A stretch of 61,692 nt of DNA, counting the filler, from Thermodesulfobacteriota bacterium (GTDB lineage Bacteria > DASVDK01): the NCBI GenBank assembly GCA_036381125.1. It is 4 parts of 4 records of this genome, joined end to end, with 100 filler letters (N's around TTAATTAATTAA, not from the genome) between each part and the next. Parts side by side here need not be neighbours in the genome. Positions count along the whole stretch, not along the records: positions 16,220 to 39,248 come from DASVDK010000302.1; 3 more parts are not named here. The stretch is one strand, 5' to 3'. Position 1 is the stretch's first letter. Each line of letters begins with the position of its first letter. The notes under the pieces are model-generated. The model was not told where the DNA came from, searched no databases, and worked only from the letters and a program-made list of their open reading frames with translations. The translations under genes and the position numbers were made by a program. This document shows, one piece after another, positions 21,236 through 30,169 of the stretch.

Positions 21236-23089
21236 ATGACACGACGAAGGGGCATGACGCGGCGCGAGATTCTGGGCACCGCCGCGCCTCTCCTGCTGCT
21301 TTGGCCGCCTCTCGCCGCATGCGGCAGCGACGGCGGCGCCTCCGCGCCCGCCGCAGGCCAGGGTCCCGAAGGGCCGGGTGCCGGGGCGCCAACCGGCGGC
21401 TCGGCCGGGCCGCCGCCCGACGGGGCCATCGCCTCGCGTCGATCGGGGGACTGGGGGAGTCCCGATACCTGGGCCGGCGGGCGGGTGCCGGGCGATGGAC
21501 GGATCGCCTACCTGGGTGCCGGCCACACCGTGACGCTCCGCGAACCGGCGACGGTGGGCGTGGGGCGCGCAACGGCGGTGATGGTGGGCAGCGGCGGCAC
21601 CCTCGTCGTGGCCTCGGACCTGACCCTTCGCGGCAGCCTCGGGTACGAGCGGGGCGCCGCGGTGCGCGTCGACCCGCCGGCCGGCGGGCTCAGGATCGAC
21701 CTCGACGCGCCGGCCGGCGAGACCTTCCGCATCGCGCCGCTCCCCGGCGGCACGGGAACGCCGAGCCTCGAGGCCGCCGGGGACGTCGACCGCCGGATCA
21801 CCATCGCGACGACCGGCCGCGGCGGCCTCGGCCGGATCGACGCCGCGGCGGTGCCGTCCGCGCTCGAGCTGAGTTGCGTGACGCTCGAGGGGCTCGGCAG
21901 CGACCGCGAGGCGGCGCTCGCGGCCGAGAGCCGCGACGGCGGCTCGGCCGTGGTCTGGCGGCGCCTGCGGGCGAAGGACTGCGGCCGCCTCCTGCTGCGC
22001 TGCCGCGCCGGCGGGCGGGTGGAGATCGACCGCCTCGACATTCGGGCGCCGCGCGGCCGGACCGCGGCCGAGGTCGACGCCCGGGAGGACAAGGCCCCGG
22101 GAGGGAGCCGGCGGCTCGCGCGGATCACGCTCGCGTCGGCCTCGCGGCGCAGGCTGAACTTCTACGTCCGGGACCTCGACCGTTGCCGCGACCTCGTGCT
22201 CGTCAACGGGAGCCTCGTGGCCAACGGCGACCGCCGCAACGTGATCGAGCGCCTCTGGCTTCTCGCCACGGCCGACGGCAGCTACATCGGCATGGCGCCG
22301 AACGCCGGCACGACGCTGCGCGACTCGGCGATCGTGACGCGGGGCGACAACCCGCATCCGGTGCAGGACTCGGGCGCGGACGCGGGCGTCGGCGCGAACG
22401 CCGTGGAGGGCTGCGTCTTCGACGGCGACGGGTTCGTGGGGTCGGACGCAGGCGACTGCGTCCTGCCGGCTGGCGAGGTCGTGATGCGCCGGAACATCGT
22501 CGTCAACAAGGCCGGCACCATCGCCTCGCTCATCACGAAGACCGGCTCGATCACCGTCGTCCGCAACACGGCCCACGAGGCCTTCGGTCTCGCGCTCGGC
22601 GAGACCAGGGGCCATCCGAAGCAGTGCCGCGCGTTCCGGAACAACCTGATCGTGCGGCAGCGCTACGCGGTGCGCCAGCGCTCCGCGATGGTGCCGCAGG
22701 CCGCCTTCGAGTACGACGACAACGTCACCTTCGCCCTCACGGGCGACGGCCTGATCGGCGGAGGGCTGGGCCCCGCGCGCTACGCGCCGTGGTGGGCCTC
22801 GGGACCGGGGTACGGGGCGCCGGGTCGGGGGGCCGGCAACCGCGAGGCGGACCCCCGGTTCCGGGACCCGTCGCGGACGGCGCGCCGCTTCGACGCGGCG
22901 AACGGCGGGCCCGGGACGCTCGAGCACCTCGCGGCGGAGATCGTGAAGCTCAACGGATGGGACGCGGCCGGCAACGAGGCGCCGTTCGACGAGCGGTACG
23001 CGGTCGCCCGCTTCCTGGCCTACGTCCGCGAGGGCTTCACGCCGACGAACCCCGCCGTGTCCGGCGCCGGCGCGGTCGAGGTCGGCTAG
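21236..23089 (+). CDS. Tat-exported lipoprotein with G8-like N-terminus and probable right-handed beta-helix
   Basis: TRREIL plus LAAC lipobox; SGDWGSPDTWAGGRVP; RRNIVVN / VRNT / FRNNLIV repeats; ADPRF. Confidence 0.7.
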   Translation: MTRRRGMTRREILGTAAPLLLLWPPLAACGSDGGASAPAAGQGPEGPGAGAPTGGSAGPPPDGAIASRRSGDWGSPDTWAGGRVPGDGRIAYLGAGHTVTLREPATVGVGRATAVMVGSGGTLVVASDLTLRGSLGYERGAAVRVDPPAGGLRIDLDAPAGETFRIAPLPGGTGTPSLEAAGDVDRRITIATTGRGGLGRIDAAAVPSALELSCVTLEGLGSDREAALAAESRDGGSAVVWRRLRAKDCGRLLLRCRAGGRVEIDRLDIRAPRGRTAAEVDAREDKAPGGSRRLARITLASASRRRLNFYVRDLDRCRDLVLVNGSLVANGDRRNVIERLWLLATADGSYIGMAPNAGTTLRDSAIVTRGDNPHPVQDSGADAGVGANAVEGCVFDGDGFVGSDAGDCVLPAGEVVMRRNIVVNKAGTIASLITKTGSITVVRNTAHEAFGLALGETRGHPKQCRAFRNNLIVRQRYAVRQRSAMVPQAAFEYDDNVTFALTGDGLIGGGLGPARYAPWWASGPGYGAPGRGAGNREADPRFRDPSRTARRFDAANGGPGTLEHLAAEIVKLNGWDAAGNEAPFDERYAVARFLAYVREGFTPTNPAVSGAGAVEVG

Positions 23090-23958
23090 TCGCGGAAGAA
23101 GCGGAGGAACTCGTCGATCGTCTCCTCGGGCGCCTCCTCGACCACGAAGTGCCCCGAGGGCATGGCCCGGCCGCGCACGTCCACCGCCCGGTCGCGCCAG
23201 GTGTCGAGCACGTCGAAGAGCCGGCCGATCCGCCCCTTGCCGCCCCACAGGACCAGCACCGGGCGCTCGATCCTGCGGTCGAGGTCGGCCTCGTCGTGCT
23301 CGAGGTCGATCGAGGCGGCGGCGCGATAGTCCTCGGTGGTGGCGTGGATGGCGGCCGGGTCGCGGAAGCAGCGGAGGTACTCGGCGACGGCCGCCTCGTC
23401 CCACCGGTGCCCGGGCGCGGCCCAGCGCTCGAGCAGCGTGCGCAGCCAGAAGTCCGGGTCCGCGCCGATCATCCGCTCGGGCACGGGCGCCGGCTGGAGG
23501 AGGAAGAACCAGTGGAAGTTGGCGCGGGCGAGCGCCTCGTTCGTGCTCCGGAACATGCGATGCGTGGGGACGATGTCGAGGACGGCGAGGCGGCGCACCC
23601 GCGCCTCGTGGTCGAGCGCGAGGCGGTGCGCCACGCGCGCGCCGCGGTCGTGGCCGGCCAGGTAGAACCGCTCGTGCCCGAGCGCGTTCATCACCTCGAT
23701 CATGTCGCCGGCCATGGCGCGCTTCGAGTAGGCGGCGTGGTCGTCGCCCCCGTCGGGCTTGCTGCTGTCCCCGTACCCGCGGAGGTCCGGGCAGATCACC
23801 GTGTAGTGCTCGGCGAGGCGAGCGGCCACGGGAGCCCACATGACGTGGGTCTGCGGATAGCCGTGCAGCAGGAGCAGGGCCGGGCCTCGCCCGCCGTGGC
23901 GCACGTGGATGCTGGCCCCGGTCGTGTCGATCCGGGTGCGCTCGAAGCCTTCGAACAT
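23086..23958 (-). CDS. Haloacetate/fluoroacetate dehalogenase-like alpha/beta hydrolase
   Basis: HGYPQTH, GHDRGARV (Asp nucleophile, two Arg), LDIVP, FHWFF, EDYRA and GHF; GGGAGG RBS. Confidence 0.88.
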   Translation of the reverse strand: MFEGFERTRIDTTGASIHVRHGGRGPALLLLHGYPQTHVMWAPVAARLAEHYTVICPDLRGYGDSSKPDGGDDHAAYSKRAMAGDMIEVMNALGHERFYLAGHDRGARVAHRLALDHEARVRRLAVLDIVPTHRMFRSTNEALARANFHWFFLLQPAPVPERMIGADPDFWLRTLLERWAAPGHRWDEAAVAEYLRCFRDPAAIHATTEDYRAAASIDLEHDEADLDRRIERPVLVLWGGKGRIGRLFDVLDTWRDRAVDVRGRAMPSGHFVVEEAPEETIDEFLRFFRD

Positions 23959-23980
23959 CGGCCACCTCCCGAGCCCGCGC

Positions 23981-24316
23981 TTACGGCGGGGAGCCGCCCG
24001 CCCCGAACGGCGCGCTGCCTCCGGCCCCGAAGGGGGTCGGCCCGCCGGCCCCGAACGGGGTCGGTCCCGGCGCGCCCGACGGGACCTGAGGCAGGCCGGC
24101 GGCCGGCCGGTCGACCTGTCGGCGGCGCGCGTCGTCGAACCGGCGCGGCGGACGCCTGAACACACGGTGAGGGCCCGGCTGCCCCGGGTCGCCGAAGCGC
24201 CGCGCGTCGGCATGGCGCCTCACCTCCTCCCCGGCGACGGGCGAGGTGTCGGCTGCGGCCCGAGCGCCGACCAGGACGACGAGAGCGGCGAGACCCATGA
24301 TGACGAGCGTGCGCAT
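23981..24316 (-). CDS. Small secreted protein with three C-terminal PFGAGG repeats
   Basis: Signal peptide MRTLVIMGLAALVVLVGARAAA; upstream TGGTATAGT extended -10 and GGAG. Confidence 0.6.
   Translation of the reverse strand: MRTLVIMGLAALVVLVGARAAADTSPVAGEEVRRHADARRFGDPGQPGPHRVFRRPPRRFDDARRRQVDRPAAGLPQVPSGAPGPTPFGAGGPTPFGAGGSAPFGAGGSPP
23994..24065 (-). repeat. Three 24-nt tandem repeats encoding (P/S)(T/A)PFGAGG
   Basis: GCCCCGAA core recurs at a 24-nt period on the + strand. Confidence 0.75.
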
Positions 24317-24496
24317 GTGGTGCTCCGTGGAGGACTATACCACCGGTCACCTGGAGCAGAGGGCGTGCCGCGAATGGGCCGGGGCTGCCCCCGGAGCGAC
24401 GGCGCTTGATTCGCCGGTGGAACGGGTATAGCGTCCCGTTATGGAGGCGCCAGCCTCGGCGTTTCCGGCACCACATGCCCCACATGAGGAGGTCCC

Positions 24497-25120
24497 ATGT
24501 CGCGCTCGTCGACGGGCGCGTCGGTCCTCGCGCTTCTCGCCTGCCTTGCCTGGTCGAGCACCGGCTCCGCCCAACCCAAGCACACCCCGCCGAAGACCGA
24601 TCAGCAGAAGATCGCCAACGCCCTCTCGGCCGCTCCGGCCGCTGTGGCGCGGGAGGCGAAGGTCGTCGACATCGACGCGAAGGGGAACATGCGCACCCTC
24701 CGGGAAGGGAAGGGCACGTTCACCTGCATGCCCGACAACCCGATGACGCCCGGCAACGACCCCATGTGCCTCGACCCGAACGGCATGGCGTGGGCCGAGG
24801 CGTGGATGCAGAAGAAGGACCCGCCGGCGGACAGGGTGGGATTCGGCTACATGCTCCAGGGCGGCTCGGATGCGAGCAACGAGGACCCTTACGCCACGAA
24901 GCCGGCCCCCGGCAAGAAATGGGTCGACACCGGCCCTCACGTGATGCTCTTCAACGTGAAGGGAAAGATGGAAGGCTACCCGAAGCAGTCGGGCGACGCC
25001 TCGAAGCCTTATGCCATGTGGGCCGGCACACCGTACGAGCACCTGATGATCCCGGTGGGGCCGCCGGCCTCCTCGACGCCGGCGAGCGGCGCGCAGCGCC
25101 CCGCGGCCAAGACCAAGTAG
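24497..25120 (+). CDS. Secreted hypothetical protein, Met/His/Cys-rich
   Basis: AGGAGG RBS; signal peptide; TCMPDNP.TPGNDPMC, YMLQGG, GPHVM and YEHLMIP. Confidence 0.8.
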   Translation: MSRSSTGASVLALLACLAWSSTGSAQPKHTPPKTDQQKIANALSAAPAAVAREAKVVDIDAKGNMRTLREGKGTFTCMPDNPMTPGNDPMCLDPNGMAWAEAWMQKKDPPADRVGFGYMLQGGSDASNEDPYATKPAPGKKWVDTGPHVMLFNVKGKMEGYPKQSGDASKPYAMWAGTPYEHLMIPVGPPASSTPASGAQRPAAKTK

Positions 25121-25137
25121 CGCCGGCCCCCTGTCTC

Positions 25138-26010
25138 TCAGCCGTCATCGTCACCGCCGTCGGGTGACGGTTCCGGCGTCGGAGCGAGCGTGGGCGTCGG
25201 CTCCGGGCCGGGCGTCGGTGTCACGACCGACGTGGGGGTGGGCGTCGGCGCGGGCGCAGCGGTCGGTGTCGGCTCCGGCGTCGGGGTGGGCGTCGGCTCC
25301 GGCGTGGGCGTGGGCGTCGGTTCCGGCGTCGGGGTAGGGGTCGGCGTCGGAGTCGGTTCCGGAGTTGGCGTGGGTGTCGGCGTGGGTGTCGGCTCAGGCG
25401 TGGGCGTCGGCGTCGGCCGAGGCGTCGGCGTCGGGCTCGGCGTGGGTGTCGGCGTCGGCACCGGCTCGGGGGGCGGCGGAGGCGCCGCGCAGGCGTCGAC
25501 GCCGAAGAGGCCGCGCTCGGCCGCCGCCGCCTCCGCCTGCCCGGCCTCGAGACGGTCGTCGGCCGCCGGACCGCCGCAGGCCCCGACCGTTCCGCGGAAC
25601 TGCGCGAGGCCGGCGCGGAGCAGCTCGAGGTTCACGAAGCTCTCCCCGGGCACCACCACGTACGCGGCCGCCCCGCCCCGGGGCACCGGCTGCCCCGGGG
25701 GAGGCGTCGGGCAGACGGTCACCTCGACGGTGCGGCCCCGCACGAGGCGGTCCAGGTAGGCCCGCGACTCCACGCCGCAGGCCTCGCCCTCCTCGGGCGC
25801 GTCGACCCCGAGGAGCGCCACCTCGCGTCCGTCCTCGAGCCGGAGCGTCTCGCCGTCGGTCACCTGCGAGACGCGCGCGCGCTCGCCGCCGGACGGGTGG
25901 AACGGTCCCTCGGGCTCGCCGCTCGAGCCGCCGGGCAGCGAGTCCCCGCTTCCACATGCGGCGACGAGGCCCGCGAGGGCGACCAGGAGCGTTCGAACGC
26001 GGCGGCCCAT
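25138..26010 (-). CDS. Thermonuclease (SNase)-like lipoprotein with long Pro-Thr-Glu tail
   Basis: VAAC lipobox; [26 protein letters not shown] and A....RGLF. Confidence 0.82.
   Translation of the reverse strand: MGRRVRTLLVALAGLVAACGSGDSLPGGSSGEPEGPFHPSGGERARVSQVTDGETLRLEDGREVALLGVDAPEEGEACGVESRAYLDRLVRGRTVEVTVCPTPPPGQPVPRGGAAAYVVVPGESFVNLELLRAGLAQFRGTVGACGGPAADDRLEAGQAEAAAAERGLFGVDACAAPPPPPEPVPTPTPTPSPTPTPRPTPTPTPEPTPTPTPTPTPEPTPTPTPTPTPEPTPTPTPEPTPTPTPEPTPTAAPAPTPTPTSVVTPTPGPEPTPTLAPTPEPSPDGGDDDG
25170..25470 (-). repeat. Low-complexity (PT)n/PE repeat tract
   Basis: Degenerate 6-nt period GGCGTS on the + strand, encoding [12 protein letters not shown]. Confidence 0.9.
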
Positions 26011-26107
26011 GACCCGTGCGCGTGCTCGGGCCGTGCCGCGCTCGGGGGAGAGCCGGGCCGCGAGGAGCGCCGGGCGAGGCGGCCGCTTCCGCGCTAATGT
26101 CAGGGTC

Positions 26108-27034
26108 ATGAAGATCGCCATCATGGGAAGCGGCGGCGTCGGGGGCTACGTCGGCGCACGCCTTGCGAAGGCGGGTCACGATGTGCGCTTCATCGCGCGC
26201 GGCGCACACCTCCGGGCGATGCGCGAGGAGGGGCTCGGGGTGGAGAGCCCGAGGGGCCGGATCCACCTCCACCCGGTCGAGGTCACCGACGACCCGGCCG
26301 CCGTCGGCCCGGTCGACCTGGTCGTCTTCGCGGTCAAGCTGTGGGGCGCCGAGGCGGCGGCGCGCCAGATCCTGCCGATGCTCGGGCCGGACACGGCCGT
26401 CGTCACCTTCCAGAACGGGGTCGAGGCGAACGACATGCTCGGCGCGGTCGTCGGCCGGGAGCGCCTCGTGGGCGGGGTCTGCTACATCGCCACCGTCATC
26501 GAGCGGCCGGGCGTGATCCGCCACACGGGGCAGATGGCGCGCTTCGTCATGGGGGAGTTCGGCGGCGGCCGCACGAAGCGGATCGAGGCGATCGAGGCGG
26601 CCTTCCGCCGGGCCGACGGCCTCGACTTCGAGGTGAGCGCCGACATCGAGGCGGCCATCTGGCAGAAGTTCGTCTTCCTCACGGCTCTCGCGGCGCTGAC
26701 CGCCATGACACGCATGCCGATCGGGCCGATCCGCGAGGACCCGGATGCGCGGGCGTTCTTCCTCGACCTGATGCGCGAGGTGGTGGCGGTGGGCCGGGCC
26801 AGGGGGGTGCGACTCGACCCGGCCTTTGCCGACGAGCGGCTCGCCTTCGCCGACACGCTGCCGGCCGAGATGAAGGCCTCCATGGCGCACGACCTCGAGC
26901 GCGGCAACCCGCTCGAGGTCCACTGGCTCTCCGGGGCGGTCGTCCGCCTCGGCGCCGAAGCCGGCGTGCCGACTCCGGCCAACCGCGCGGCCTACGTCGC
27001 GCTGAAGCTCCACGCCGACGGCCGGCCGCGATGA
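26108..27034 (+). CDS. panE: Ketopantoate reductase family protein
   Basis: [26 protein letters not shown] and SMAHDL...NPLE. Confidence 0.88.
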   Translation: MKIAIMGSGGVGGYVGARLAKAGHDVRFIARGAHLRAMREEGLGVESPRGRIHLHPVEVTDDPAAVGPVDLVVFAVKLWGAEAAARQILPMLGPDTAVVTFQNGVEANDMLGAVVGRERLVGGVCYIATVIERPGVIRHTGQMARFVMGEFGGGRTKRIEAIEAAFRRADGLDFEVSADIEAAIWQKFVFLTALAALTAMTRMPIGPIREDPDARAFFLDLMREVVAVGRARGVRLDPAFADERLAFADTLPAEMKASMAHDLERGNPLEVHWLSGAVVRLGAEAGVPTPANRAAYVALKLHADGRPR

Positions 27035-28122
27035 CCCCCACGCTCACCATCCGCGACCTCCGGACGCGGGCGGTGCGCGTCCCGATGCGGCGGCCGCTCG
27101 GCACGTCGCGCGGCGTGGTGCGCGAGGCGCCGCTCGTCCTGGTCGACCTCGACACCGACCAGGGCGTCACCGGTCACGCCTACCTCTGGGCCTACACGGA
27201 CAACGGCGCCCGGGCGCTCTGCATCCTCGCGGCCGAGGTCCTCTCGATGGTGCGCGGCGACCAGGTGGCGCCGGCGGCGCTGCACCGGAAGGTCTCGGCG
27301 CGCTTCACCCTGATCGGCCGCGAGGGGCTGCCGCAGATGGCGCTCTCGGCGCTCGACGTGGCGGCCTGGGACGCGCTCGCGCGCGCGGCGGGGTTGCCGC
27401 TCGTGCGGATGCTCGGCGGCGAGGTTCGCCCGGTGCCGGCGTACAACAGCAACGGGCTCGGTCTCGTGGGCGCGGAGGCCGCGGCGGCCGAGGCGCAGGA
27501 GATCGTCGGCGAGGGCTTCCGGGCGATCAAGCTCAGGCTCGGCTACCCCACGCTCGCCGAGGACCTCGCGGCGGTGCAGGCCGTCATGGGCGCCGTGCCG
27601 GCCGGCACGCGCGTCCTCACCGACTACAATCAGGCGCTCTCGGTGGCCGAGGCGATCCACCGCGGCCGCGCCCTCGACGGGGAAGGCGTTGCCTGGATCG
27701 AGGAGCCGGTCCGCCACGACGACTACCTCGGCTGCGCGCGGGTCGCCCGGGAGGTGGCGACGCCGGTCCAGATCGGCGAGAACTTCATCGGCACGCACCA
27801 GATGGCCGCCGCCATCGAGGCGGAGGCGTCGGACTTCGTCATGCCCGACCTCGCGCGCATCGGCGGCGTCACCGGCTGGCTCCGCGCGGCCGGGCTCGCC
27901 GAGGCGGCCGGCCTCGAGATGTCGTCGCACCTCTTCCCGGAGGTGAGCGCGCACCTCCTCGCCGTCACGCCGACGGCGCACTTCCTCGAGTACGTCGACT
28001 GGGCGGCGCCGATCCTGAAGGAGCCGCTGCGGGTCGAGGAGGGCATGGCTGAGATCCCCGACCGTCCCGGCACCGGGGTCGAGTGGAACGAGGACGCCGT
28101 CCGGCGCTACGCCCTCGAATGA
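27031..28122 (+). CDS. Mandelate racemase-like enolase superfamily protein
   Basis: DVAAWDA, KLRLG, DYNQ, WIEEP, QIGEN, MPD..RIGG, SSH and EYVDW; ATGA overlap. Confidence 0.88.
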   Translation: MTPTLTIRDLRTRAVRVPMRRPLGTSRGVVREAPLVLVDLDTDQGVTGHAYLWAYTDNGARALCILAAEVLSMVRGDQVAPAALHRKVSARFTLIGREGLPQMALSALDVAAWDALARAAGLPLVRMLGGEVRPVPAYNSNGLGLVGAEAAAAEAQEIVGEGFRAIKLRLGYPTLAEDLAAVQAVMGAVPAGTRVLTDYNQALSVAEAIHRGRALDGEGVAWIEEPVRHDDYLGCARVAREVATPVQIGENFIGTHQMAAAIEAEASDFVMPDLARIGGVTGWLRAAGLAEAAGLEMSSHLFPEVSAHLLAVTPTAHFLEYVDWAAPILKEPLRVEEGMAEIPDRPGTGVEWNEDAVRRYALE

Positions 28123-29000
28123 CGGTCCCCCTGTCGGGGATCGTCCTCCTTGCCGTCCTCACCCTCGCCTACGGCGGCAACTGGGTGGCGATGAAGGCGG
28201 CGGTGGCGGAGATCCCGGTCTGGACCTTCCGGAGCGTCTGCCTCGTGGTCGGGGGCGCGATCCTGCTCGCCGCGGCCCGCCTGCGCGGCCTCTCACTCGC
28301 CATCCCGGCCGGCGAGCGCGGCCCGCTCCTCCGGGCGGCGCTCCTCAACGTCACCGGCTGGCAGATCTGCTCCGCCTACGGCCTCCTGCTCATGGAGGCG
28401 GGACGGGCCTCCATCATCGGCTACACGATGCCGCTCTGGGCGGTGCTCCTCGACCGCGTCCTCCACGGCGCGCCGGTGTCGCGGCCGACGGCGGCGGCGC
28501 TCGCCCTCGGGCTGGTCGGTCTCGCGGCCCTCGTCGGTCCCGACCTCGTCCGCCTCGCGGCGGCGCCGATCGGCGCCCTCTTCATGCTCGCGGCGGCCGT
28601 CGCGTGGGGGGCCGGGACCGTCGTCCTCCAGCGCCACCGCTGGACCATGCCGACGGCGAGCCTCACGGCCTGGCAGATCGTCCTCGGCAGCCTGCCGGTC
28701 ACGGCGGGGGCGCTCCTCCTCGAGCGAAGCGGGCTGCCGGGCGACATGTCGGCCGCGGCGACGGCGGGGCTCGCCTACGCGACGCTCGTGGGGATCGTCT
28801 TCTGCCACTACCTCTGGTTCCACCTCGTGCGGGTGCTGCCCCCCTCGGTGGCCGCGATCGGCGTGATCGGGGTGCCGATCGTCGGAGTGCTCCTGAGCGC
28901 CCTCGTCCTCGGCGAGGCGATCGGCGCCCGGGAGCTGATCGCGCTCGCCTGCGTCCTGCCGGCGCTCGCCATCGTCCTGATCGGGCCGAAGAGATCCTGA
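28119..29000 (+). CDS. DMT/EamA family transporter
   Basis: About 10 hydrophobic helices; YGGNW, AGRASII.YTMP and LGE. Confidence 0.9.
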   Translation: MTVPLSGIVLLAVLTLAYGGNWVAMKAAVAEIPVWTFRSVCLVVGGAILLAAARLRGLSLAIPAGERGPLLRAALLNVTGWQICSAYGLLLMEAGRASIIGYTMPLWAVLLDRVLHGAPVSRPTAAALALGLVGLAALVGPDLVRLAAAPIGALFMLAAAVAWGAGTVVLQRHRWTMPTASLTAWQIVLGSLPVTAGALLLERSGLPGDMSAAATAGLAYATLVGIVFCHYLWFHLVRVLPPSVAAIGVIGVPIVGVLLSALVLGEAIGARELIALACVLPALAIVLIGPKRS

Positions 29001-29008
29001 CGCGCGGG

Positions 29009-30169
29009 TCACCGGCCGAGGACGGCACGCACCCGTGCGAGCCCGCGTGACAGCTCCTCCAGGGACCGCGTGAAGGTGAGCCGCAGGTGCCCCTCGCCAC
29101 GGGCCCCGAACGCTGCGCCCGGCACGACGGCGACGTGGGCCTCCTCCAGCAGGCGATCGGCCAGCGCGGCGGACGACTCGCCCAGGGCGGAACAGTCGGG
29201 GAAGGCATAGAAGGCGCCGTCCGGCGGCACGCATCGCACGCCGCGAATCCGGTTCAGCTCGCCCACCACCAGGTCACGCTTGCGGAGGTACGAATCCCGG
29301 AGCGCGTCGAAGAAGGCCGCCGGGGCGTCGAGCGCCGCGAGGGCGGCCAGTTGCCCCTGCGACGGCGCACAGGTCGTCGTGTGCTGCTGCACGAGCGCCG
29401 CCCGCTCGACGACGGCGCGAGGCCCCGCGAGCACGCCGACGCGCAGCCCGGGCATCACGTAGCTCTTCGAGAAGCTCTGCACGGTCAACGTCCGGCCGCG
29501 CCCCTCTTCCAACGCCGCGAGGCTCACGTGGCGGGCGCCGGGGTAGACGATCTTCGCGAAGCTCTCGTCGACGAGCACCCACGCGTCCGCGCGCGCCGCC
29601 GCCCGCCCGACGGCGCGCAGCGCCGCCTCGTCGAAGACCGCGCCCGTCGGGTTGTGCGGCGTGTTGAGGAGGACCATCCGGGTGGCCGGCCCGATCCGGC
29701 TCGCCAGGGCCTCCGGGTCGAGCGCCGATCGGCCGTCCGGCAGCACGCGCATCGGCACGGGGACGGGCGTTGCGCCGGCCAGCCGTACGGCCGGGTCGTA
29801 GCTGACCCAGGATGGATCGAGGAGCAGCACCTCGTCACCAGGCCCGACGCAGGCCATCAGCGCGAGATAGACGGCATACTTGGCACCGACGGTGACGAGG
29901 ATCTCGCCGTCCGGGTCCGCGGTGATGCCGTACTCGCGGGCGAGCGCCCGGGCGAGCGCCGCGCGCAGTTCCGAGATCCCGGCCGCGCCCGTGAGGAAGT
30001 TGAAGCCGTCGTCGGCGGCGCGATGCAGCGCCTCGCGCAGGAAGGCGGGCGCGGCGTCCTCGGGGCGGCTTCCGGCGAAGTCGGCCACCGCGATGCCGGC
30101 CGCACGAAGCGCGGCGGCCCGCTCGGCGACGCGCAGGGTGCCCGAGGGTTGCAGCCAGGAGCGGCTCAC
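29009..30169 (-). CDS. PLP-dependent class I/II aminotransferase (AspC-like)
   Basis: PSWVSY, NTPHNPTG, VDES, SFSKSYVMPGLRVG, GAFY and LRLTF; GTGA overlap. Confidence 0.9.
   Translation of the reverse strand: MSRSWLQPSGTLRVAERAAALRAAGIAVADFAGSRPEDAAPAFLREALHRAADDGFNFLTGAAGISELRAALARALAREYGITADPDGEILVTVGAKYAVYLALMACVGPGDEVLLLDPSWVSYDPAVRLAGATPVPVPMRVLPDGRSALDPEALASRIGPATRMVLLNTPHNPTGAVFDEAALRAVGRAAARADAWVLVDESFAKIVYPGARHVSLAALEEGRGRTLTVQSFSKSYVMPGLRVGVLAGPRAVVERAALVQQHTTTCAPSQGQLAALAALDAPAAFFDALRDSYLRKRDLVVGELNRIRGVRCVPPDGAFYAFPDCSALGESSAALADRLLEEAHVAVVPGAAFGARGEGHLRLTFTRSLEELSRGLARVRAVLGR

Noticed and set aside
20764-24159. Very long alternative-frame and antisense ORFs (e.g. 1131 aa here, 46254-49553, 593-2797, 58523-60763)
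   Set aside because: These are Arg/Pro/Gly-rich shadow frames of real genes, expected at this GC content, with no motifs.
25170-25470. Periodic GGCGTS repeats as a possible CRISPR or VNTR array
   Set aside because: There is no repeat-spacer structure; the pattern is explained by a Pro-Thr coding tract.
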